64,000 nucleotides of DNA from assembly GCA_964188305.1 (NCBI GenBank), contig OZ076889.1; one strand, written 5' to 3'. The notes beneath the pieces were generated by a model that was not told the DNA's origin, ran no database searches, and saw only the letters and a list, made by a program, of their open reading frames with translations. Source of the DNA: Podarcis bocagei. Lineage: Eukaryota. The translations under genes were made by a program, and so were the position numbers. Below, piece by piece: positions 1 through 10,333 of the stretch; position 1 is the stretch's first letter; every line of letters starts with the position of its first letter.

Positions 1-436
1 ATTAACACAGCTCAATGAGACAGCTGAGTTAAGCCAAAGCACTTGAGGAAAGGATACAGCAGTGTTGGGGAGGGGTGTGGCCTGGGAAGGAAGCATTGCC
101 TGGGAAGAATCCTGAGGGCCAGACAGGAACACCTTTGGGGGGGACGACATTCACCCCCAAGGCACCTCTAAGAGACTTTGCCCAAGACAAAGTCTATATA
201 AGACTACAGAACCAAACCCATCTTATCCATGAATATAGGATGTTTTCATGTTTTATGTAAGATTACTTGTTAGTCACATGAAAGCAAAGTAAAAGGGAAA
301 AAAAGAATAAATACATGGTTGGGTTCTATGACATACTTACTATCTTATCAGTGAATGTGCTGCTAAGAATACATTTTAATCTTTAAATGAGCAAATGTAT
401 ACAGCAATAAGAATGTTGGCTTATTCAGACACTCAC

Positions 437-547
437 AAGACCAAGTCTTCCAGCTTCAATTAAAATCTTCTTCAAATATCTCTTAAAAACATGGATGCTA
501 TTGTTTTCATATAACTTGGCTTTATCTTTCTTTTCATATTCTTCAAG
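437..547 (-). CDS. CLCC1: CLCC1 coding exon 3 ([37 protein letters not shown])
   Basis: ttgcag acceptor, GTGAGT donor, 111 nt, phase 0/0. Confidence 0.9.
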
Positions 548-3500
548 CTGCAAATATAAAGTGTTTCAAGATCACATTTTACCAATCTTAATTCATGTAG
601 TATATACAGTGGTACTTCGGGTTACATACGCTTCAGGTTAAATACGCTTCAGGTTACAGACTCTGCTAACCCAGAAATAGTACCTCAGGTTAAGAACTTT
701 GCTTCAGGATGAGAACAGAAATCGTGCTCCGGCAGTGCGGCAGCAGCAGGAGGCCCCATTAGCTAAAGTGGTGCTTCAGGTTAAGAACAGTTTCAGGTTA
801 TGAACAGACCTCCGGAACGAATTAAGTACTTCACCCAAGGTACCACTGTAATATGTATACTGTGGCCAGACAATGCCTTAGCCAAGCAATAATCCATTAT
901 ACAGTGGTACCTTGGTTTACAACCACAATCCATTCTGGAGGTCCAGTTGTAAACCAAAACAGGTTGTAACCCAAGGCATGCTTTCACCAATGGGGCCTTC
1001 CCCCCCCCCCCCAATGTTTGTAATCCAAAAAAAGGGACACACACTTCCAGGTTTGACGTGGTTGTAATCCAAATGGTTGTAATCCAAAGCGGTTGCAAAC
1101 CAAGGTACCACTGTAGTGTGTATATTGATTAGACTAACACGTAGGCTAATGTTCACATGTAGGCTAAGGTCCATTGACTGCAGAGGCACTCTGGCCTTTA
1201 ATAATTGAAATCTACTTGCTGAAAGCATCCCCAAAACACAGTTCAAGATCTGTTTATGTTCAAGAGATTTGACTCCAGACATGTATTGAAACCTATTTTA
1301 AAAATGAAACTTGTGACCCATCATGCCAAATGCAGTCCATCAGCTAAGAATGGCACCTAACAGGATCATAATGAGCTGCTTGCTTTTGATGTCTGCTGAA
1401 ATACAGAGTTATCAAACAACTGGCAGCTTATGATATATAGCTGGTGAGCCAGGTTTGGCTTGGTGGGTCAAAAACTATACATGCCTATTATAAACAAAGG
1501 TCAATGTCCCAAGAAACAGTCTATGTTTCTACATCTAATCTTTTGCATATACAGGGGCTGTTGTGGTAGATCTTCATAGTAGCTCAACACTCTACACATA
1601 GTAGCTAATAATACAATAACAAATACTGCCTTGCAGGCACCAATACTGCAATCCCACATTTACCTGGAGTTAAGTCTCAGTTAACTCCATGGGACTGACT
1701 TGTATGCAGTCGTGCAGATGATTGTGCTGTAAACATACAAATCTGCACCTGTTGATGTCAACAATGAAACTGACTGGTTTTAATAAAACCAGATTGTGGA
1801 CCAAATAGTTAATTAAGAGTATTGATTCTTACCACCACCTATCAATATGAATGCTTACCCAGGAATATATTTCTGTGAAGGTGATAGACCAACAAGATCT
1901 GAATTTATGAAAAGAATATGTAAACAATATTTTCATAAAGTAATATATTAAATATGAAGTATCATACATGCAAACAAACCTTAAGAATTAAAGAATCAAG
2001 TTGCTTTTGGCACATGGAAACATCCACAATATTTTCTTTTACCACTGATTTTTGGGGAACTTTCTTATCTTCAGAATCATCCTGGTTCACCTGCAGCAGC
2101 TGTAATCATAGGCATTTCTTAATCTTTCTACTGTAATTTATAGATTGGAAATCTCATATCAATATGGTTGCTTCATTTTGCATATTTATTGGAAAAGGAG
2201 TAAAGAGAGAAAAGAGAGAACTCAACAAAATTTGTTACTCATTGCTGCTGAATGCATGAACAAGAAATAATACTAACAAAACAATTTAACTAATTACATT
2301 GTTTGTAGTATAAACATGCTAACCAAATATGTATTTTCCCTCTCATTTACTGGGTTCTCAGCTCACTGGTACTTTGTGTAAATCAAACTGGCGCGATGCA
2401 AGTTTCATAATATAGTAATTTATGATTTATACCCTGCCCAAACTTCCCTAAACAGGGCTGCCTTCAGATGTCTTCTAAAAGTCAGATAGTTGTTTATTTC
2501 CTTGACATCTGATGGAAGGACATTCCACAGGGTGAGTGCCACTACCAGTAAGGGAACCGCCAGAAGGGGGTGGAGACGCTCCTTCAGGTATAGCGGACCG
2601 AGGCCGTTTAGGGCTTTAAAGATCAGCACCAACACTTTGAATTGTGCTTGGAAACGTACTGGAAGCCAATGTAGGTCTTTCAAGACCGATGTTATGTGGT
2701 CTCGGTGGCTGCTCCCAGTCACCAGTCTAGTTGCCGCATTCTGGATTAATTGTAGTTTTTCGGTCACCTTCAAAGGTAGCCCCATGTATAGCGCATTGCA
2801 GTAGTCCAAGCAGGAGATAATCAGAGCTCTTGCGACACAGTCTGTAGGCAGGTAAGGTCTCAGCCTGCGTACCAAATGAAGCTGGTAGACAGCTGCCCTG
2901 GACACAGAATTGACCTGTGCCTCCATGGACAGCTGTGAGTCCAAAATGACTCCCAGGCCTCTTCAGGGGCACAGTTACCCCATTCAGGACCAGGGAATCC
3001 TCCACACCTGCCCTCCCCCTGTCCCCCCAAAACAGTATTTCTGTCTTGTCAGGATTCAACCTCAATCTGTTAGCCGCCATCCATCCTCCAACTGCCTCCA
3101 GGCACTCACACAGGACCTTCACCGCCTTCACTGGTTCCGATTTGAAAGAGAGGTAGAGCTGGGTATCATCCGCATACTGATGAACACCCAGCCCAAACCC
3201 CCTGATGATCTCTCCCAGCGGCTTCATGTAGATGTTAAAAAACATGAGAGAGAGGATGGAACCCTGAGGTACCCCACAAGTGAGAGCCCAGGGGTCTGAA
3301 CACTCATCCCCCAACACCACTTTCTGGACACGGCCCAGGAGGGAGGAGTGGAACCACTGTATAACAGTGCCCCCAGCTCCCAGCTCCTCTAGACGGTCCA
3401 GAAGGATGTCATGGTCGATAGTATCAAAGACCGCTGAGTGATCCAGCAGAACTAGGAAACAACTTTCACCTGTCCCTAGCCCGCCGGAGATCATCGACCA

Positions 3501-4466
3501 GCGCAACCAAGACAGTTTCAGTCCCATGATGAGGCCTGAATCCCGACCGGAAGGGACCCAAATGGTCCGCATCCTCCAGGCGTGCTTGGAGTTGTTCAGC
3601 AACCACCTGCTCAATCACCTTGCCCAAGAATGGAAGATTTGAGGCTGGGCAATAGTTGGCCATATCGGCTGGGTCTAAGGATGTTTTTTTTAAGAAGAAG
3701 TTTAATGACCGCCTCTTTCAGCGGGTCTGGGAAGGCTCCCTCACAGAGGGAAGCATTCACCACCCCGCAGAGCCCATCGCCCAGCCCTTCCCGGCTCGCT
3801 TTTATTAGCCATGAGTTTCCCATATTCACTGGGAGTCCCATTCCAGCAGAAGCTGCCCAGTATCCCCTTCAAAACCACAATCTGTGCACTCAAGAGAGGA
3901 TGTGCACAGAGAACTGTCCCAAGCCCTCCTGTCCACATGGTGCTACATGTACAACTGAGAGCACTCAGGGATTATATTTTTTTCAAAAACAAATGGAAAA
4001 GAAAATAACAATGAAATGTGGAAGAGTATTTGGCAGCCTTCAACCAACTATTACTTCCTTCCAATCCCTTTTTTGTAATTACTCTGTTTGAATCTAAAGA
4101 TGCAATCAGAGCTCAGTAAGACACCCCTATCAACTAATCAGTTGATCATTAGGACAGAATGGAATCGTTCCAGTAAGAAAAAACAATGCTCAACTCTAGG
4201 TTTATTAATATTAATTTGTTGCAGTATGTGTTCTGTAAGGGAGGCAATCCAGACATCCATGGTGAACAGGTTCTTTAAAGGGCATCAACTAAACCATTTA
4301 CTGAACAGCAACTCAAATTCAAAATGTGTACCTTATCAGGCTTTCTCATGGTTCCTGAAGCTGCATCATAGTTCAGCATGTCTGTTGGATCAATCCAGTC
4401 ATCATTTTGAGTTTCGCTACCTCCTATCAGCAGGATTACACACAGTATCAAAGGAGCTAGCATCAT
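437..4466 (-). CDS. CLCC1: Chloride channel CLIC-like 1, first three coding exons (gene continues off the left edge)
   Basis: Exons 4466-4332, 2090-1980 and 547-437 splice in phase 0 with GT-AG ends. The peptide has a signal-peptide-like start, [21 protein letters not shown] and [17 protein letters not shown], matching vertebrate CLCC1 as recalled. Confidence 0.93.
607..848. mobile_element. Non-autonomous Tc1/mariner-pogo (Tigger-like) MITE
   Basis: TIRs CAGTGGTAC.../...GTACCACTG flanked by TA on both sides; same family as 28596-28811. Confidence 0.85.
902..1113. mobile_element. Tigger-like MITE, different internal family
   Basis: TIRs CAGTGGTACCTTGGTTT / AAACCAAGGTACCACTG with TA TSD. Confidence 0.85.
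1980..2090 (-). CDS. CLCC1: CLCC1 coding exon 2 ([37 protein letters not shown])
   Basis: ctgcag acceptor, GTTTGT donor, 111 nt, open in phase 0; the C..KLDSL..K-like end resembles CLCC1. Confidence 0.82.
2415..3811 (-). mobile_element. L2-clade LINE, 5'-truncated RT fragment with internal deletions
   Basis: RT motifs [21 protein letters not shown] and LDYCNALY in frameshifted ORFs; homologous to 39213-41383. Confidence 0.9.
4332..4466 (-). CDS. CLCC1: CLCC1 coding exon 1 ([45 protein letters not shown])
   Basis: acag|ATG acceptor, AAG|GTACAC donor, 135 nt. Confidence 0.92.
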
Positions 4467-5051
4467 CTGTCACAAAACACAATTGATGGTTTTAGCAGAA
4501 TCAAAATCCTCTGGGACAAATTGAACTATTTAGTGACGTAGGTAATTTGCCTACGTCATCTGGTTACTCTAGTTAAGGAACACAGAAATATAACTTAATT
4601 TACTTGTTAAACTTGCACCCTATCCTTTATGCAAGTAACTCGAGAGTGACATATAAAGTTATCTCTTACAGTCCCCATTAAATTCTACCCGCTTAGTTTC
4701 CAAACACCTTCAAAAACTTGATCTGCAGAATAATTTTACATGAACATCAGATTAGATTAACTAGTACGTGTGGAAGTCTGAGGTTGCACACTCAAATGAT
4801 GGTCATAAAGTCTAGTAAACTTTACTCTAAATCATGGTTGTGAAACTCTGGCATATGTATGGACAAAGGCAAATCTGATAAAAGCAAGCTGTATTAAGCT
4901 GCAGTTAAACTTAACTCATATTACCCAAGCCTGACCACTGATAAGTTTTTAAAAACAAAACCCAGTCTTCCCATTGACTGCTAGGAGTTTCATAGACCTA
5001 TTAGTGCCATTCAAAGAATGATACCAATATCCACCCACAGTTTAAAAAATA

Positions 5052-5283
5052 CAGTGGTACCTTGGGATGCAAATGGGATCCATTCCGGAGCCCCGTTCGC
5101 ACCCTGAAGCGAACACAACCCACATCTGCGCGTTGCTGCTTCCGCGCGTGATGCCATTTTGACCGTCTGCGCATGTGCGTGCAGCGGAACCCGGAAGTAG
5201 CGCACTTTGTTACTCTGCGGGTCGCCGCAGAGTGCAACCCAAAAATACTTAACTTGAAGTACATTTATCCCGAGGTATGACTG
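5052..5283. mobile_element. Tigger-like MITE
   Basis: TIRs CAGTGGTACCTTGGGAT / ATCCCGAGGTATGACTG with TA TSD. Confidence 0.8.
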
Positions 5284-5289
5284 TAGGAG

Positions 5290-5600
5290 ACTTAAGGGCC
5301 ATCACATGGAAGAGAGAGCACGCTTGTTTTCTCCTGCTCTTGAGGGTAGGACTTGAGGCAATGGCTTCAAGTTACAAGAAAGGAGATTCCAACTAAACAT
5401 CTGGAAAATCTTTTTGATAGTAAGAGCTGTTCAACAGTGGAACAGACTCCCACAAGGGGTGGTGGACTGTCCTTCCTTGGAGGTTTTTAAGCAGAGGTTG
5501 GATGGCTATCTGTCATGGATGCTTTAGCTGAGATTCCTCCATTGCAGGGGGTTGGACTAGATGACCCTTGGGTGTTTTCCAACTCTAAGTTTCTATGATG
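5290..5600 (+). mobile_element. CR1 LINE 3' fragment
   Basis: Typical CR1 3' sequence ...GGAGGTTTTTAAGCAGAGGTTGGATGG...GGGTTGGACTAGATGACC...TTCTATGAT. Confidence 0.8.
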
Positions 5601-6570
5601 CATATATAGGGTGGGACATGTTCAAAACCTAGGCCAGACATCAGTTGGGAAACTTAACACCACATTTACAGGGTTCTGGGTGAAATATAACAACTTATAA
5701 CTCCTTTACTAGTGTGCCACTTGCTAGACAACTTTCTAAGAAAGTCTGGCTGGCATTAAAAAAAGAATTCCACCGAGACTTCTCTGCACACAAACACATT
5801 ATTTGTTTACAGCAGCATTTTTGGTTCTCAAAAAGATTTGCAAGTTTTGTGTCAAAGAAATGAAAGACAGTATTTCTATTTTCCTTATTGTATAGCAACC
5901 TCATACCCCCTCTTATCTGCACACACTCCTGCCTACCTGTCTAAATATGGGCAGTGTACTATGCTGCTGGCAGTCCTCCACATTTCAACGCTGCACAAGA
6001 ACAGAAGAGCCTGCTAGATCAGGTCTGTTTTTGCAGCAGCCAACAATCAGAAGGTCTGTGGGAAGCCTGAAAGCAGAAGCTGAGCATAACAGCAGCATTC
6101 TCCCCACTCATCGTTCCCAGGTCACAGCAACTGGGGGTTCAAACAAGTAGAGATAAGCCTTTGGTAGAGAATTAACTGCAGTCAAACATAACTATGCATA
6201 AGTGCATGAAGGCATTAAGACCAGAGATGTCTGTTCCTAGACTCAGCCATGTAACTGACCAAAGAAGATTGTGCCTAAGTTCCAAGCTTAGAGCAGGTGT
6301 TTGAAGCTATCTTTCTGTATTTTCTACCCACTAGTATTCTGCCTGCGTTCTCTTTGCTGCTGCTTGGATAAATGAATGAAACTCTGACCTTTGTAAGCAA
6401 CACATTTTAAACTTACTTAATAGCATGCAGTCAGTTCGCTGCAAGATGGGTAGAAAGAATGCTGTTTGCAAGCAGGCTAAATAAGATAAAAGGGTCTAAC
6501 AACATAAAGCTATAGAGCTGCTTGACTTTTGTTAATTTAAACTCTGCTACTGGGGGCTCTCTCCTGCTAG

Positions 6571-6781
6571 CAGGGACATAGCTAGGGGGTTGGTCAGGTT
6601 GGACCACGCTAAGGGCACAGTTCGGGGCGGGGCGGATACAAAAAAATGCACCTCTCTACTCTGGCTCCGAGTGGGAGCCATCGCAACAGCCTTGCCGGGG
6701 GGGGGCTCTCCCCAGTCTGGCCATCAGAGCGCAAGGGATTGGGGGGATCCCAGAGCGCAAGGGAGCCCAGCTATGCCTCTG
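6571..6781. mobile_element. Degenerate hAT-like MITE
   Basis: Imperfect TIRs CAGGGACATAGCTAGG / CCCAGCTATGCCTCTG; weak 8-bp TSD. Confidence 0.5.
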
Positions 6782-6891
6782 CCTCTTGGGAGTGAATTTA
6801 ACCCCGCATTTTGAATCCAGGCACCCAGATTCTTTTGTTATTTACTCCCCTCCCCCTTCAAAAAACCCCCCACATACCTTTGGGTCACAGG

Positions 6892-7025
6892 CAGGGCTTT
6901 TTCAGCCAGAACTCGCCCGAACTCAACTCCGGCACCTCTCAGGTGGGCACCACTGCCATTATAAGAGAACAAAGGAGGCGTTCTTAGGGATTTCCGGTTC
7001 CTCTTTTTCTAGAAAAATAGCACGG
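6892..7025. mobile_element. hAT-type MITE
   Basis: CAGGGCTTTTT start and GAAAAATAGCACGG end; 8-bp TSD GTCACAGG/GTCACGGG. Confidence 0.7.
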
Positions 7026-7029
7026 GTCA

Positions 7030-7760
7030 CGGGGATTTGTCTTTTCCTCCCCCCACACCATTGATAGGGTTGGCCACGGCCACCGAAAGGGAAAGCTGCT
7101 GCTTTGAAAATGCCTTCCTGAGAGGGAAAACGCTTCTCGCCCGCATTAGACGCCGTGCAACCGTCTTGGGGGGTGAATGAAAAGGGGAAGGCGGAACGGC
7201 AACCCTGGAGAGGGAAAATGCCTCGTCATCCAGGCCCGAAGGGAGCGGGGAGAACGACAGAAGGAGAACCGAGGCCACGACCACTGGCTGGCGGGACGTC
7301 TCCGCCTGAGGGAAAGAGGCGACGGACGGAGGAAAACTGAGGAAACCACCACGCCCACAACCAACGAACACACAACCCCTCCCCCTCCGCCGCATTAGCA
7401 GCGCGCGCGCACCACCTGAGGGATTCGCTTCGCCAACCGCCAACGGTTCCTCGCGCTTTTAAAAACAAGCGAACCAAGGCAACAGACCCTCGCAACTTCC
7501 GGCGGCCACAGCTCAACCGCGCTTCCTCGGATCCGCGAGCTCGGCCGTCATCCGCCTCGGCCTGGCGCTCGGCGTTCGGTGGCTTCCTTCGCTCGCGCCT
7601 CTCGATCGGCGGTCGACTTGGCTCGCCTGCCGCGGGCGCTCTGATAGCCGCCTGATAGGGCGGTGGCGAGGTTGGGATGCTTAAGTTTATATCCGTTTAG
7701 CTCGGCGGGGGTTTCTTGTCTCGACGAGATGCGCGCGGGGTGGTGCTGCAAAAGAGAGGG
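7030..7760 (-). promoter_or_regulatory. CpG island / promoter and probable non-coding first exon of CLCC1
   Basis: High GC and CpG density upstream of the first coding exon; ETS/GABP-type CCGGAAGT on the minus strand near 7495-7502; candidate donor CAG|GTGGTG at 7416/7415. Confidence 0.7.
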
Positions 7761-7934
7761 CAGTTCTTCTCGCCAGAGTGCAGAGGCAAAGGCATCGCAT
7801 CTTATTTCGAAGTAGAGTGCTTTTGGTCTTAAACTGATAGGTTTTACTTTTATTGCAGCAGTAACAGTGCTTAGCCCATTTGCAAAACTAAGCAGGGTCC
7901 GGTGTGGTTTCAAATTGGATGGGGGACCGCCTGT

Positions 7935-8002
7935 TGAGATACCTACATTGTAAGGGGGTTGGACTAGATGATCCTGAGGGTCCCTTCCAAATCCATGATT
8001 CT
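7935..8002 (+). mobile_element. Short CR1 3'-end fragment
   Basis: GGGGTTGGACTAGATGATCCTGAGGGTCCCTTCCAAATCCATGATTCT. Confidence 0.7.
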
Positions 8003-8287
8003 GCGAAACCCAGGACTCTTATGCAGAAGACGGAATTGCAGCTGGTGTACTACAAAAGGGCTGAAAGGTGTAGTAGCCCTGTCCTCCTTGGCGGGCGGGC
8101 AGCCGCTTTAATTTAGAAGTACCCACTGATGGGGATGCGGATGGCGCTGTGGGTTAAACCACAGATCCTAGGACTTGCCGATCAGAAGGCCGGCGGTTCG
8201 AATCCCCTTGACGGGGTGAGCTCCCGTTGCTCGGTCCCTGCTCCTGCCAACCTAGCAGTTTGAAAGCACATCATGTGCAAGTAGATA

Positions 8288-10333
8288 CCGTATTTTTCGC
8301 ACCATAAGACGCACCGGCCCATAAGACGCACCTAGATTTTTTGGGGGGAAATAAAGGGAAAAAATTTTATTTCCCCCCCAGGTGCGCTGCGCTACACCAG
8401 GAGCTTGGGGCGTGCGGAGCTCAGCGCGCCCCAAGCTTCTGCGTGCCGGCAAGGTCTCCGCTAGCGTGGGAGAGCTGGGCGCCTCTCCCAGGGCTAGCGG
8501 ACCCATGCGCTAATCCAGAAGCTTGGGGCAGGCTGAGGTCAGCGCGCCCCAAGCTTCTGCGTGCCGGCAAGCAGTCCGCTAGCCCTGGGAGAGCCGCGGG
8601 GCTCTCCCAGGGCTAGCGGATCGCTGCGCTATACCAGGAGCTTGGGGCGTGCTGAGCTCAGCGCGCCCCAAGCTTCTGCGTGCGCGCAAGCAGTCCGCTA
8701 GTCTTGGGAGAGCCGCGGGGCTCTCCCAGGGCTAGCGGATCGCTGCGCTATACCAGGAGCTTGGGGCGTGCTGAGCTCAGCGCGCCCCAAGCTTCTGCGT
8801 GCGCGCAAGCAGTCCGCTAGCCTTGGGAGAGCCGCGGGGCTCTCCCAGGGCTAGCGGATCGCTGCGCTATACCAGGAGCTTGGGGCGTGCTGAGCTCAGC
8901 GCGCCCCAAGCTTCTAGGTGCGCGCAAGCAGTCCGCTGCCGCCCCAAGCCTCGCGCACCCGGCAGGAGGTCCCACCGGGTGCGCGAGGCTTGGGGCGGCA
9001 GCGGACTGCTTGCGCGCACCTAGAAGCAGCGCGCCCCAAGCTTCTAGGTGCGCGCAAGCAGTCCGCTGCCGCCCCAAGCCTCCCACACCCGGCAGGAGGT
9101 CCCACCGGGTGCGCGAGGCTTGGGGCGGCAGCGGACTGCTTGCCCGCACCTAGAAGCAGCGCGCCCCAAGCTTCTAGGTGCGCGCAAGCAGTCCGCTGCT
9201 GCCCCAAGCCTCGCGCATCCGGCAGGAGGTCCCACCGGGTGCGCGAGGCTTGGGGCGGCAGCGGACTGCTTGCCCGCACCTAGAAGCAGCGCGCCCCAAG
9301 CTTCTAGGTGCGCGCAAGCAGTCCGCTGCCGCCCCAAGCCTCGCGCACCCGGCAGGAGGTACCACCGGGTGCGCGAGGCTTGGGGCGGCAGCGGACTGCT
9401 TGCGCGCACCTAGAAGCAGCGCGCCCCAAGCTTCTAGGTGCGCGCAAGCAGTCCGCTGCCGCCCCAAGCCTCGCGCACCCAGCAGGAGGTCCCACCGGGT
9501 GCGCAAGGCTTGGGGCGGCAGCGGACTGTTTGCGCGCACCTAGAAGCAGCGCGCCCCAAGCTTCTAGGTGCGCGCAAGCAGTCCGCTGCCGCCCCAAGCC
9601 TCGCGCACCCGGCAGGAGGTCCCTGCGGGTGCGCGAGGCTTGGGGCGGCAGTGGACTGCTTGCCCGCACCTAGAAGCTTGGGGCGTGCTGAGCTCAGCGC
9701 GCCCCAAGCTTCTAGGTGCGCGCAAGCAGTCCGCTAGCCTTGGGAGAGCCGCGGGGCTCTCCCAGGGCTAGCGGATCGCTGCGCTACACCAGGAGCTTGG
9801 GGCGTGCTGAGCTCAGCGCGCCCCAAGCTTCTAGGTGCGCGCAAGCAGTCCGCTGCCGCCCCAAGCCTCGCGCACCCGGTGGGACCTCCTGCCGGGTGCA
9901 CGAGGCTTGCAGACACTCGCCCGAAGCAGGGGGAGCCCTCCCGAGGGCTCCCCGTGCTTCGGGCGACAGGCTGCCGCCCCAAGCCTCGCGCACCCGGTGG
10001 GACCTCCTGCCGGGTGCGCGAGGCTTGCAGACACTCCCCGCACGCGCTCTTCCGGCTGGGGAGGTGACCCGCGGCTATAGAGGCTCCTGCCATAGCCGCA
10101 CGTCACCTCTCCAGCCGGGAGAGGGTCGCGGGGGGCTGCTTTAGCCCCGTGCGCGTGCTCTCCCGGCTGGAGAGGTAACACGGGGCTGTAGAGGTTCCTG
10201 CCATAGCCGCGTGTCACCTCTCCAGTCGGGAGAGGGTCGCGGGGCTATGGCGTCTTCGCTCCATAGGACGCACACACATTTCCCCTTCATTTTTGAAGGG
10301 GGAAAAGTGCGTCCTATAGAGCGAAAAATACGG
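8288..10333. mobile_element. Non-autonomous Tc1/mariner-superfamily (Tc2/pogo-like) element with internal palindrome array
   Basis: TIRs CCGTATTTTTCGC...GACGCAC / GTGCGTC...GCGAAAAATACGG with TA TSD; ends shared with the 277-bp copy at 22612-22888. Confidence 0.88.
8400..10250. repeat. GC/CpG-rich tandem array of palindromic units (119-bp and 130-bp periods)
   Basis: 119-bp units at about 8404, 8522, 8641, 8760, 8879, 9677 and 9796; six 130-bp units at 8911, 9041, 9171, 9301, 9431 and 9561, each with a 52-bp arm, 12-nt loop and 52-bp arm. Confidence 0.95.

Noticed and set aside
8133-8215. tRNA-like A/B boxes (also near 44500, 52890 and 62445)
   Set aside because: These are SINE heads, not tRNA genes: there is no full cloverleaf and they continue into SINE bodies with tails.
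8911-9676. CRISPR-like appearance of regularly spaced palindromic repeats
   Set aside because: Vertebrate DNA, intervening sequences are near-identical rather than unique spacers, and there are no cas genes.
8252-10217. Many 60-140 aa ORFs on both strands with repeated MRASSPLPPQASR motifs
   Set aside because: By-products of a GC-rich palindromic tandem repeat: the same peptide appears on both strands at 130-nt offsets, with no transposase or other domain.
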